From contig JAACCU010000113.1 in the NCBI GenBank assembly GCA_009937405.1, positions 1 to 53,478 on the forward strand: a stretch of DNA of 53,478 nucleotides, read 5' to 3'. Both the position numbers and the translations under genes were made by a program. Within the stretch, counting starts at the first letter, position 1. Every line of letters begins with the position of its first letter. This document shows, piece after piece, positions 36,846 through 45,647 of this stretch. The DNA comes from Actinomycetota bacterium (GTDB taxonomy: Bacteria; Actinomycetota; Acidimicrobiia; Acidimicrobiales; Aldehydirespiratoraceae). The notes beneath the pieces were generated by a model. It worked only from the letters and a program-made list of their open reading frames with translations, was not told where the DNA came from and made no database searches.

Positions 36846-37745
36846 ATGGGAATCTGTGACGAGCGAGTCGTCATTGTCACCGGGGCGGGCCGGGGCCTCG
36901 GGCGGGCCCACGCCCTCGCATTTGCTGCCGAGGGGGCCAAGGTCATCGTGAATGACATCGGTGCCAGCCTCGAGGGCGAGGGTGAGGATCGAACACCGGC
37001 GCAAGAGGTGGTTGATGAGATTATTGCCGCAGGCGGGATGGCCGCCATCAATAGTGATGATGTGGCCGATTGGGATGCTGCGGGTCACATGATCGAGCAA
37101 GCGATCGAGACATGGGGTCGCCTTGACACGCTGGTGTGTAATGCCGGGATCGTACGCGATCGAATGATTGTCAACATGTCCATTGACGAGTGGGACGCGG
37201 TCGTCCGCGTGCACCTTCGGGGCATGTTTTGTCCTGTCCGACATGCCGTTGGTTACTGGCGAGAGATGAGTAAGGCGGGCACACCGGTCGACGGCCGAAT
37301 CGTCAACACATCGTCTGGCGCCGGGCTCTTCGGTGCTGTCTCTCAGGCCAACTACTCTGCGGCCAAGGCGGGGATTGCCTCGTTCACCGCGGTGGCCGCG
37401 GCTGAACTCGGCCGCTACGGGGTGCTGGCCAATGGCATCGCTCCGGCGGCTCGGAGTCGGATGACCGAAGCGGCATTCGCAGAGATGATGCGCAAACCGG
37501 AATCTGGTTTCGATGCCATGGACCCGGCGAATGTGAGTCCCCTGGTCGTCTGGCTTGGTTCGGGCGAGTGCAACGTGTCGGGCCGAATGTTCGAAACCGA
37601 GGGGGGCAAGATCTCTGTTGCCGATGGTTGGCAGCATGGGTCTGTGTTCGACAAAGGGACCCGTTGGGAACCTGATGAGATCGGTTCCATTGTTTCGGAT
37701 TTGGTCAACAGTGGCCCAAGCCCCGCTCCCGTCTACGGTGCATAG
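36846..37745 (+). CDS. MFE-2/17beta-HSD4-type short-chain dehydrogenase
   Basis: VVIVTGAGRGLGRAHALAFAAEGAKVIVNDIG, NAGIVRDRM, VHLRG and YSAAKAG. It strongly resembles my recollection of the MFE-2 dehydrogenase domain. Confidence 0.85.
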   Translation: MGICDERVVIVTGAGRGLGRAHALAFAAEGAKVIVNDIGASLEGEGEDRTPAQEVVDEIIAAGGMAAINSDDVADWDAAGHMIEQAIETWGRLDTLVCNAGIVRDRMIVNMSIDEWDAVVRVHLRGMFCPVRHAVGYWREMSKAGTPVDGRIVNTSSGAGLFGAVSQANYSAAKAGIASFTAVAAAELGRYGVLANGIAPAARSRMTEAAFAEMMRKPESGFDAMDPANVSPLVVWLGSGECNVSGRMFETEGGKISVADGWQHGSVFDKGTRWEPDEIGSIVSDLVNSGPSPAPVYGA

Positions 37746-37747
37746 CC

Positions 37748-38407
37748 GTGCCAGTCGAGAGGAATCCTGACGAAACCACAGTCGCTACCGATGGCCGGCC
37801 CATTGGTAGGCGGGCGATGGCGACGCGGCGTCGTCTGCTCGATGCCACCCGTGACCTGCTAGCTCGCGACGGGCCGTTCGATCTGAAGCTGGTCGATATC
37901 ACCCGTGAGATCAATGCATCTCCGGCGACCTTCTACCAGTACTTCACCGATATCGATGATGCGCTGCTTTGCTTGGCTGACGATGTCGAGGAATCTTCGG
38001 GCGCCCTTCTGCCATTGCTCAAGGACCCGTGGCGCAGTGAGGACGACTTCTCGAAGGCACGGGTCTTTGTCGATGCCTATATGCAGTATTGGGATGTGAA
38101 CGGCCCGGTGCTCCGTGTCCGGAACCTGAAAGCCGAGGAAGGCGAATCAGCGTGCCGGGTGAAGCGAAGCGAATCTCAGTTTCCCTTGCTCGAGGCCCTC
38201 GCCGCCATGGTCGACGACTCGATCAAAGCAGGGCGAATTCCATCAGACGCGAACTCGATTGCTCGAGGCGCAGCGATGTTGGCCATGCTTGAACGGCTCA
38301 CGGCGTACCGCGATGGGCTTGCTAGCCGGGGCACTGGAGCCGAGGCGCTTGCCAACACCCTGACCAGGATTCTCTTTCAGACGATCTCGGGGCTCACCGG
38401 CGAATAG
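37748..38407 (+). CDS. TetR-family transcriptional regulator
   Basis: HTH region RRRLLDATRDLLARDGPFDLKLVDITREINASPATFYQYFTDIDDAL. It is the last gene of the operon starting at 34667 and the only regulator in the window. Confidence 0.85.
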   Translation: MPVERNPDETTVATDGRPIGRRAMATRRRLLDATRDLLARDGPFDLKLVDITREINASPATFYQYFTDIDDALLCLADDVEESSGALLPLLKDPWRSEDDFSKARVFVDAYMQYWDVNGPVLRVRNLKAEEGESACRVKRSESQFPLLEALAAMVDDSIKAGRIPSDANSIARGAAMLAMLERLTAYRDGLASRGTGAEALANTLTRILFQTISGLTGE

Positions 38408-38416
38408 GCGTGGCGC

Positions 38417-39310
38417 CTATCGCATCGGTGGGCCAGCCCACGGCGGGATCGTGGGGCTGTCGGATCCGAACAGCTGGGACTTGTGGGCCGAGATCGAATC
38501 GACGGTCCAAGGCTGATCGCCGGCGGTAATGGCACCGGCCACGGTTGGGATCGCCATGCGGTGGATCTCGTCACCGGTAACGATGAATGTCTGCCCGTTC
38601 ACGTCGCTCGCGGCATCGCTGGCGAGCCAGGCGACCATGGGTGAAACGTGGGCTGGGTGGTACGAATCGAAACCGGTTTCGGGTTTCTTAAACCTGTCGA
38701 TCGACTCGTTCATTTGGGTCCGAGCCCTCGGCGCGATGCAGTTGGCGGTGACTCCGTAGCGGCCGAGCTCTTTAGCCAGAATGAGAGTCATCGTGACGAT
38801 GCCGCCCTTGGCCGATCCGTAGTTGAGTTGAGCGGGACCGCCGAAGAGGCCGCTTTCACTCGTGGTGTTGATGATGCGGCGAGGACGCAGCGCAGCCCCC
38901 TCGGGGAGACTCTTTGCCGTGGCCCGCCAGTATCGGCTCGCGTGATGGGCGGTTGCCGCGTGACCCTTCAGATGGACGTCGACGACGAGATCCCATTGGT
39001 CTTCGGTCATCGAGAAGCTCATGGCATCTCGCAAGAGTCCAGCATTGTTGACGATGATGTCGAGCTCGCCGAAGGTGTCGAGGGCGGCTTTGATGAGTCC
39101 GCCGGTGGCGTCCCAGTTGGCGATGTCACTTTGGTGAGCAATGGCGGTCCCACCGCTGGCGGAGATTGCCGCTGTGACCTCCAGGGCAGAGTCGGCGAGG
39201 TCGTTCACCACGACCGAGGCTCCCTCTGCGGCGAGCAGTTCTGCGTGGCATCGGCCGACGCCTTGTCCTGCTCCTGTGACAATCGCGACTTTGCCGTCGA
39301 GTGCACCCAT
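38417..39310 (-). CDS. MFE-2/17beta-HSD4-type short-chain dehydrogenase
   Basis: VAIVTGAGQGVGRCHAELLAAEGASVVVNDL, NAGLLRDAM, VHLKG and YGSAKGG. Confidence 0.85.
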   Translation of the reverse strand: MGALDGKVAIVTGAGQGVGRCHAELLAAEGASVVVNDLADSALEVTAAISASGGTAIAHQSDIANWDATGGLIKAALDTFGELDIIVNNAGLLRDAMSFSMTEDQWDLVVDVHLKGHAATAHHASRYWRATAKSLPEGAALRPRRIINTTSESGLFGGPAQLNYGSAKGGIVTMTLILAKELGRYGVTANCIAPRARTQMNESIDRFKKPETGFDSYHPAHVSPMVAWLASDAASDVNGQTFIVTGDEIHRMAIPTVAGAITAGDQPWTVDSISAHKSQLFGSDSPTIPPWAGPPMR

Positions 39311-39330
39311 GTGGGTCTCCCTGGATCGTT

Positions 39331-39347
39331 TCTGACGTTGATTCAGA
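39331..39347. promoter_or_regulatory. palindromic operator-like site 10 of 13
   Basis: TCTGACGTTGATTCAGA. It lies 20 nt from the minus start at 39310 and 29 nt from GTG 39377. Confidence 0.75.
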
Positions 39348-39376
39348 TACTAGGCAGTCGCGGCTACCGTTACCGT

Positions 39377-40264
39377 GTGCAGTCGGCAAGGCCATTCACC
39401 TCCGTGTCCATTCCAGTCGGGCGATCCGAGGACCGCGACGTGCTGGCAGATCGAGCCCGCCGAGCGGAGGCCCTAGGTATCGATGCGGTCTTCGTCACAG
39501 ACCATCCGGCTCCCCCAAAGAGTTGGCTCGAGAGGTCTGGGCACCCAACGCTCGATCCATTTGTGGCGCTGAGCTTCATCGCCGCGGCCACCACAACACT
39601 GCGGGTGCACACGAATCTTCTTGTGCTTCCCTATCGGCACCCGTTGGCGACGGCGAAGGCGGTTGCGTCACTCGATTCGCTTTCGCACGGCAGGCTGATT
39701 CTCGGCGTCGGAGTGGGCTACCTGGCCGAAGAGTTTTCGGCCCTCGGCCTCGAGGTGGACGAGCGCGGCGCCTTGATGGAAGAGGCTCTCATTGTGATGC
39801 GTCAGGCGTGGGAGGGAGAGCCGTTTGGCGAGCACGGCACCGTGGTCGCCCCGGTACCTGCACAACATCCTCACCCTCCCATCTGGGTGGGTGGAAACTC
39901 GAGAGCGGCGATGCGGCGGGCAGTGCTCTTTGGCCAAGGCTGGTCGCCAATGCCAAGCCCAAAGGCGGCCGCATCATTTCTGGGGACCCCAGGGATCGAA
40001 TCGGTTGACGAACTCGGCGCCCGTATTGTGATGCTGCATGAGATCGCGGCCGCAGAGGGTCGCACCGATCCGCTGGATGTGGCCGTCATCCCAACCTCAC
40101 TGTCCGGGTTCGCTCAGGGCACTCCGGTATCGACCACCGACGTTCTTCAGGAGATTGCGGCTCTGCGGTCTGTCGGGGCGACGGCGCTCGTTGTTTCGCT
40201 GCCCGATGATGGCTGGGATGATCGTATTGAGTGGCTTGCCAATAAGGTTCTCGCCAGAATCTGA
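39377..40264 (+). CDS. luciferase-like monooxygenase (LLM) family oxidoreductase
   Basis: GTG 39377 gives VQSARPFTSVSIPVG...ALGIDAVFVTDHP...VLPYRHP...GRLILGVGVGYLAEEF. The upstream part of ORF 38648..40264 is antisense to the SDR gene. Confidence 0.8.
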   Translation: MQSARPFTSVSIPVGRSEDRDVLADRARRAEALGIDAVFVTDHPAPPKSWLERSGHPTLDPFVALSFIAAATTTLRVHTNLLVLPYRHPLATAKAVASLDSLSHGRLILGVGVGYLAEEFSALGLEVDERGALMEEALIVMRQAWEGEPFGEHGTVVAPVPAQHPHPPIWVGGNSRAAMRRAVLFGQGWSPMPSPKAAASFLGTPGIESVDELGARIVMLHEIAAAEGRTDPLDVAVIPTSLSGFAQGTPVSTTDVLQEIAALRSVGATALVVSLPDDGWDDRIEWLANKVLARI

Positions 40265-40276
40265 TACCGTGTCAGA
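40260..40276. promoter_or_regulatory. palindromic operator-like site 11 of 13
   Basis: TCTGATACCGTGTCAGA. It overlaps the TGA stop (40262..40264) of the LLM gene and lies 35 nt upstream of GTG 40312. Confidence 0.7.
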
Positions 40277-40311
40277 AACGCGTGAAATCAAGGCCCAGGA
40301 GGGCAAATCCG

Positions 40312-41559
40312 GTGACAATAGCGCCTGAATCACCCACCGAAATCGAGCTACCGAACATCGTCAGTGTTGATGATCACGTCGTCGAACCACCTCATCTTTT
40401 CGAGACCTGGCTGCCGGCAAAATTCAAGAGTCATCCCGATGTTCCCCGTGTCGAACGTCGGGGTCTCGCTGGCATGAAATACCTGGGCGGCACGAAGTAC
40501 GACTTCGACTGGCAAGACGATGCTCCCAAAGCCGACTGCTGGCTCTACGAAGATCTCATCGCCCCGCACAAAAGGCATGTGGCTGCGGTCGGGTTCAGCC
40601 GAGACGAAATGACCGCGTCGCCGATCACCTACGACGAAATGCGCCCCGGCTGCTATGAGCCGAAGGCTCGTGTCGAAGACATGTTGTTCGACGGTGTGGA
40701 TGCTTCGCTCTGCTTCCCGACAATGCCCCGCTTTTGTGGCCAGACGTTCGCTGAAGCCAACGACATGGACCTCGCCATGGCATGTGTCGAGGCGTACAAC
40801 AACTGGATGGTCGAAGAGTGGTGTGGAGATGCCGGCGGTCGGCTCATTCCGTTGCCGATCGTCTCGCTGTGGGACGTTGAGGCCGCGGCCGCTCAGGTTC
40901 GAGGCAACGCGGCCCGAGGTTGTACCGCCGTCGCCTTTAGCGAGATTCCGGCCAAGCTCGGTCTGCCCACCATTCACAGCGGCTACTGGGAACCGTTCTT
41001 TGAGGCGTGCGAAGAGACGCAAACCGTTATCTGCATGCATATCGGCTCGTCGTCGCAGATGCCGGCCACATCACCTGACGCTCCACCTGCGGTGGCGGCC
41101 ACCTTGAGCTTTGGTAACGCCATGAGCTCCCTCAGCGACTTCCTTTTCTCGGGTGTGCTCGTTCGCCATCCAAACCTGAAGCTGGCGTACAGCGAAGGCC
41201 AGATTGGCTGGATTCCCTACATCCTTGAACGTGCTGACGATGTCTGGCACGAACACCGGGCCTGGGGTGGCGTCAAGGACATCATTCCTGAGCCCCCGTC
41301 GACCTACTGGTTCCGTCAGATCTACGGATGCTTCTTCCGAGACGTGCACGGTCTCGAAAGCCTGCATCGGATCGGCCACGACAATGTCACGTTCGAAACC
41401 GACTATCCGCACACTGACTCGACGTGGCCCGACACGCGCAAGATCTTCGCCGAACAAATGTTGCCCCTGAACAACCCCGAACTCGTCCACAAGATCGCTC
41501 GCGGTAATGCCATCGAGATGCTCCGCCTCGATCCCGAAACGGGTCTCTGGCGCGGCTGA
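40312..41559 (+). CDS. amidohydrolase_2 (ACMSD/LigW-type) family protein, intact paralog of 27753..29000
   Basis: GTG 40312 has AGGAGG 9 nt upstream (GTG 40282 is an alternative). Motifs NIVSVDDHVVEP, FPTMPRFCGQTF, CMHIGSSSQMP, EGQIGWIPYILERAD and TDYPHTDSTWP. Confidence 0.8.
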   Translation: MTIAPESPTEIELPNIVSVDDHVVEPPHLFETWLPAKFKSHPDVPRVERRGLAGMKYLGGTKYDFDWQDDAPKADCWLYEDLIAPHKRHVAAVGFSRDEMTASPITYDEMRPGCYEPKARVEDMLFDGVDASLCFPTMPRFCGQTFAEANDMDLAMACVEAYNNWMVEEWCGDAGGRLIPLPIVSLWDVEAAAAQVRGNAARGCTAVAFSEIPAKLGLPTIHSGYWEPFFEACEETQTVICMHIGSSSQMPATSPDAPPAVAATLSFGNAMSSLSDFLFSGVLVRHPNLKLAYSEGQIGWIPYILERADDVWHEHRAWGGVKDIIPEPPSTYWFRQIYGCFFRDVHGLESLHRIGHDNVTFETDYPHTDSTWPDTRKIFAEQMLPLNNPELVHKIARGNAIEMLRLDPETGLWRG

Positions 41560-41569
41560 GCCGACCACG

Positions 41570-42490
41570 ATGCCATTCCCTGACGACATCGCCGAACTTG
41601 CCACGCGGGTCAACAACTGGGGTCGTTGGGGTGATGACGACCAATTAGGCACACTCAATCTGATCGATGATGCGGCTCGACTTCGTGGAGTTGGCGCCGC
41701 CACGGATGGTCGGGCGTTCTCGCTCGCGGTTCCGTGGTCTGACCAAGGCCCCCAGATGGGGTTCATCGAGGGGCGAGTGAACCCTCAGATCTCGACGATG
41801 CACACCTTTGCATCGTGGGGTGAACCCGATGACTTTCGATTCCATGACGAAGCCCTCACCATGGGCACACAGGCCTGTACCCACTGGGACGGGCTTGCTC
41901 ACGCCACATACCGGGGCGTGATGTACAACGGCACAAGCGACGCCGCCATGGATGCTGGGGCCGTTCGTTGTGGAATTGAACAGATCGACACGCTCGTCTC
42001 TCGGGGTGTGCTGCTCGATGTCGCTCGAGCCCTCGGCGTTGATCGACTCGAGGCCGGGCATGCACTCACCGCGTCGGATCTCGATGCTGCCGTCGAGTTG
42101 GCTGATGTCGAGTTGATGGCGGGCGACGTCTTGCTCCTTCGCACCGGGCACATGCAGTTCTTCCATGAAGGTGATCGCATGACGTACGCCACGTCCGCTG
42201 CGGGACCCAGCCTTCAGAGCGTTGAGTGGTTCCACGCTTCGGACTGTGCCGCAGTTGCGACCGACAGCTTGATCTTTGAGGTGTTCCCGTGCGAGCGCCC
42301 GGAGTTGATGTTGCCGGTGCACTTCTTGCACCTTGTCGAGATGGGTCTGACCCAGGGCCAGAACTTTGACCTTGAGGCGCTCGCCGCCGATTGCGACGCA
42401 GATGGCCGCTACTCGTTCTTGCTGTCGGCCTCGCCGGAGCCAGTGGTGGGCGGCTACGGCGCACCGGTCAACCCGGTCGCCGTCAAGTAA
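41570..42490 (+). CDS. cyclase-family (kynurenine-formamidase-fold) protein
   Basis: ATG 41570 gives MPFPDDIAELATRVNNWGRWGDDDQLGTLNLI, followed by THWDGLAH. Confidence 0.7.
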   Translation: MPFPDDIAELATRVNNWGRWGDDDQLGTLNLIDDAARLRGVGAATDGRAFSLAVPWSDQGPQMGFIEGRVNPQISTMHTFASWGEPDDFRFHDEALTMGTQACTHWDGLAHATYRGVMYNGTSDAAMDAGAVRCGIEQIDTLVSRGVLLDVARALGVDRLEAGHALTASDLDAAVELADVELMAGDVLLLRTGHMQFFHEGDRMTYATSAAGPSLQSVEWFHASDCAAVATDSLIFEVFPCERPELMLPVHFLHLVEMGLTQGQNFDLEALAADCDADGRYSFLLSASPEPVVGGYGAPVNPVAVK

Positions 42491-42494
42491 CGCG

Positions 42495-44042
42495 ATGCCT
42501 TCGACGCTCGCCGAACTATTGCTCGCCCGTGTCGATGACCCAAACCCGGGCTACCTGTTCGAAGATGACTCGATTCCGTGGGGTGAGGTGGTCGAGCGGT
42601 GTCTCGTGCGCGCGGAGGCTTTGAGCGAGTTACTCGACTCCACGCAACCGCCCCATTTCGGCCTGCTGCTGGAGAATGTTCCCGAGTACCTGTTGTGGGT
42701 TGGCGCCGCGGCGTTGTCGGGTGCCACCGCCGTCGGCCTCAATCCAACTCGGCGTGGTGCCGAACTTGTGATGGACGCCGCCCATGCCGACTGCCAGTTC
42801 GTGGTAACCGGTCAACCCCATGCCTCGCTGCTGCCCACCGATGTGGCGACCCTTGATGTCGAGAGCCCGGCGTACGACAGGCTGCTCGCCCGTCAGGTTG
42901 CCAAACCATTTGATGGCCCACTGCCGGACGCCGAGACGACTGCGGTCCTGATCTTCACCAGCGGATCTACGAGCGCACCGAAAGCGGTGCGATTGACGAA
43001 TGGTCGTGCCGGAGCGGCAGGCGAGCGGATGGCGGCGGGGTTCGGCTTGTCCGCCGACGATGTGGCCTATTGCCAGATGCCGCTCTTTCACGGCAACGCG
43101 TTACTCGCGTGCTGGGCGGCCGCCTTGGCGGGGGGTTCGGCCGTTGTCCTACGACGTCGATTCTCCGCCAGCGAATTCATCGACGACGTGCGCAAATACG
43201 GGTGCACCTATTTCACCTATGTCGGCCGCAGTGTCCAATACGTTCTTGCTCAGCCCGAGCGCGACGATGACGTCCACAACACGCTGCGAGTCGGATTCGG
43301 CACCGAAGCATCGGTCGTTGACCGCGCTGCGTTCGAGCAGCGTTTCGGATGCGCGCTTGTCGAGAGCTACGGATCAAGCGAATCGGCCATCGTGCTCGTG
43401 CGTACGCCCGATACGCCGCCTGAAGCCCTGGGCGTACCCCGGCCCGGTGATGATGCAGACATTGCGGTTGTCGACGCGGACGGCAACGAGCGCCCGGCAG
43501 GGCAGGTTGGTGAGCTTGTCAACCGCGCTGGCGGCGGCCCGTTCGAGGGGTACTACAACAACACGGAGGCATCCGAGCATCGGCTTCGTGATGGCTGGTT
43601 CTGGAGCGGAGATCTTGCCTGGCAGGATGAGAACGGATACTTCCATTTTGCGGGCCGTGCCGACGACCGCATCCGAGTCGACGGCGAGAACCTCAGCGCA
43701 GCACGGATCGAGTCGCTGCTCGAACGCCTGCCCGGTATCGCCGCGGCCGCCGTCTACGCAGTGGCGGACCCTTCAACCGGTGACCTGGTGATGGCGGCGC
43801 TGGAGATGGAACACGGAATGACCTTTCAACCTGAGGAATTCCACGCGTCGCTCATGGCCCAGCCCGACCTGGGCACCAAATGGCCGCCCAGTTATGTCCG
43901 CATTGTTGAGGGGTTACCCATGACGGCCAACAACAAGGTGCAGATCAGCGTGCTTCGGTCCGCGGGTCTCGATACGACGGACCCAATCTGGCGATCCGTT
44001 CACCGAGGTGGGGCATACGAACCCAGTGAGAGCATCGCATGA
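42495..44042 (+). CDS. AMP-forming acyl-CoA synthetase
   Basis: ATG 42495 gives MPSTLAELLLARV. Motifs IFTSGSTSAPKAV and SGDLAWQDENGYFHFAGRADD. Confidence 0.85.
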   Translation: MPSTLAELLLARVDDPNPGYLFEDDSIPWGEVVERCLVRAEALSELLDSTQPPHFGLLLENVPEYLLWVGAAALSGATAVGLNPTRRGAELVMDAAHADCQFVVTGQPHASLLPTDVATLDVESPAYDRLLARQVAKPFDGPLPDAETTAVLIFTSGSTSAPKAVRLTNGRAGAAGERMAAGFGLSADDVAYCQMPLFHGNALLACWAAALAGGSAVVLRRRFSASEFIDDVRKYGCTYFTYVGRSVQYVLAQPERDDDVHNTLRVGFGTEASVVDRAAFEQRFGCALVESYGSSESAIVLVRTPDTPPEALGVPRPGDDADIAVVDADGNERPAGQVGELVNRAGGGPFEGYYNNTEASEHRLRDGWFWSGDLAWQDENGYFHFAGRADDRIRVDGENLSAARIESLLERLPGIAAAAVYAVADPSTGDLVMAALEMEHGMTFQPEEFHASLMAQPDLGTKWPPSYVRIVEGLPMTANNKVQISVLRSAGLDTTDPIWRSVHRGGAYEPSESIA

Positions 44043-44797
44043 CGAATGCGGCTCGATGGTTCGACGGCAAGGTTGTGCTCGTCACGGGAAGTGGCCGCGG
44101 GCTAGGACGGGCGATGGCGCTCGGCTTCGCTGATGCCGGTGCGGACGTGATCGTGAGCAGCCGGACGAAGTCTGACTGCGATGTGGTCGCTGGGGAGATA
44201 CGAGCGCTGGGGCGACGGGCGCTCTCCTTCGCCTGCGACATCTCAGAGTGGAACAGCTGTGAAGCGCTGGTTGATGCCGCGCTCTCCCAGTTCGACCGGA
44301 TCGATGTGTTGGTCAACAATGCTGGAGCATCCTTTGACGGCTCGTCGCTGCTCGACATTTCCGAGAAGGAATTTGATGCCAGCGTCGCGGTCAACTTGAA
44401 AAGCACTGTTCGCATGACACAGCTCTGCGCCCCTCATATGTCGCCGGGCGGCGCGATGATCAACATCAGCTCCACTGCATCGACCAAGCAGCAACCATCG
44501 ACGTTTGTGTACGCCGCCGCCAAAGCCGGCGTCAACGCGTTCACCCGAGCTGCGGCCAACGAACTGGGCGCTCATGGCCTGCGTATCAATGCGATTGCGT
44601 GCGGGCCGTTTGCCACCGACGCCTTGGATGGGTGGCTGGCCGACCCGGCGGCGCGCACAGCAATGGAGGCAGAGTCGAGTCTCGGCGCCATCGGGCAGCC
44701 CGAGGATGTCGTCGGCACCGCGCTCTGGATGGCGTCGCCGGCATCCGCCTACCTGCAAGGTCAGGTGGTCACCCTCGACGGTGGACGTTCGCGTTGA
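44039..44797 (+). CDS. short-chain dehydrogenase/reductase
   Basis: ATGA overlap with the upstream gene. Motifs VTGSGRGLGRA, NNAG and YAAAKAG. Confidence 0.85.
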   Translation: MTNAARWFDGKVVLVTGSGRGLGRAMALGFADAGADVIVSSRTKSDCDVVAGEIRALGRRALSFACDISEWNSCEALVDAALSQFDRIDVLVNNAGASFDGSSLLDISEKEFDASVAVNLKSTVRMTQLCAPHMSPGGAMINISSTASTKQQPSTFVYAAAKAGVNAFTRAAANELGAHGLRINAIACGPFATDALDGWLADPAARTAMEAESSLGAIGQPEDVVGTALWMASPASAYLQGQVVTLDGGRSR

Positions 44798-44800
44798 CCG

Positions 44801-45619
44801 CTACCAACCCTTGAACTCGGCGTCGCGCCGTTCGATGAATGCGTTGACGCCCTCATGGAAGTCGTGCGTGGTGCTGGCAAGTTCTTGGGCCCAGGCTTCA
44901 TCAGCGAAGGCCGTGACGCGGTCGCTATCCAGTGACCGGTTGAGCAGCCATTTCGTGAGCGACACGGCCTTGGTGGGAGCGCCGGCGAGGCGCTGCGCCC
45001 ACTCATCGACCTCGGCGTCGAGATCAGCGGCAGGAACCGCCTTGTTGATCAGACCCAGCCGTTCAGCGTCGGCCGCCATCACGTTGTCGCCAAAGAACAT
45101 CAGCTCTTTGGCCTTGGCCAACCCGACCAAGCGCGGAAGCATGTAGGCCCCTCCGCCGTCAGGCGTGATCCCGCGTCGAACAAAGATCTCGATGAACCGT
45201 GCGGTGTCTGCGGCCACAGCCAGGTCACAGGCCAGCGCAAGATGTGCTCCCAGACCGGCCGCGGTGCCGTTGACGGATGCGATCACCGGCTTTTCACAAT
45301 CCATGATCGCGGTGACCAGTCGCTGGGCCCCTTGTCGGATGTTGCGGCCGACGTCGCCGAGGGTTCGTTCTGGAGCCCCGTCAGGGCGAGATGTTTCGGG
45401 GATCTTCGAAACGCGGAGGTCAGCACCGGTGCAGAAGTGTTTGCCGGTAGCGCCGAGCACGACCACCCGCACGTTCAGATCGTTGCCGACCTCGTCGAAA
45501 ATCTCGATCATGCGATTGCGTTGATCAGGGGTCAGCGCGTTCGCGGCATCGGGCCGGTTGAGCATCAGCGTGGCCACACCATCGGTGATGTCATAGAGCA
45601 GATCCTCGGTGTCGGTCAT
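44801..45619 (-). CDS. enoyl-CoA hydratase/isomerase (crotonase) family
   Basis: ATG 45619 gives MTDTEDLLYDITDGVATLMLNRPDAANAL. Motifs HFCTGADL and SVNGTAAGLGAHLALACD. Confidence 0.85.
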   Translation of the reverse strand: MTDTEDLLYDITDGVATLMLNRPDAANALTPDQRNRMIEIFDEVGNDLNVRVVVLGATGKHFCTGADLRVSKIPETSRPDGAPERTLGDVGRNIRQGAQRLVTAIMDCEKPVIASVNGTAAGLGAHLALACDLAVAADTARFIEIFVRRGITPDGGGAYMLPRLVGLAKAKELMFFGDNVMAADAERLGLINKAVPAADLDAEVDEWAQRLAGAPTKAVSLTKWLLNRSLDSDRVTAFADEAWAQELASTTHDFHEGVNAFIERRDAEFKGW

Positions 45620-45647
45620 GCGTGGCCTCTCCGTGTGGGTGGATTGT

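Noticed and set aside
38648-39376. N-terminal 243 aa of ORF 38648..40264.
   Set aside because: This part is antisense to the SDR at 38417..39310 and crosses operator site 10. The recognisable LLM sequence begins only near GTG 39377.
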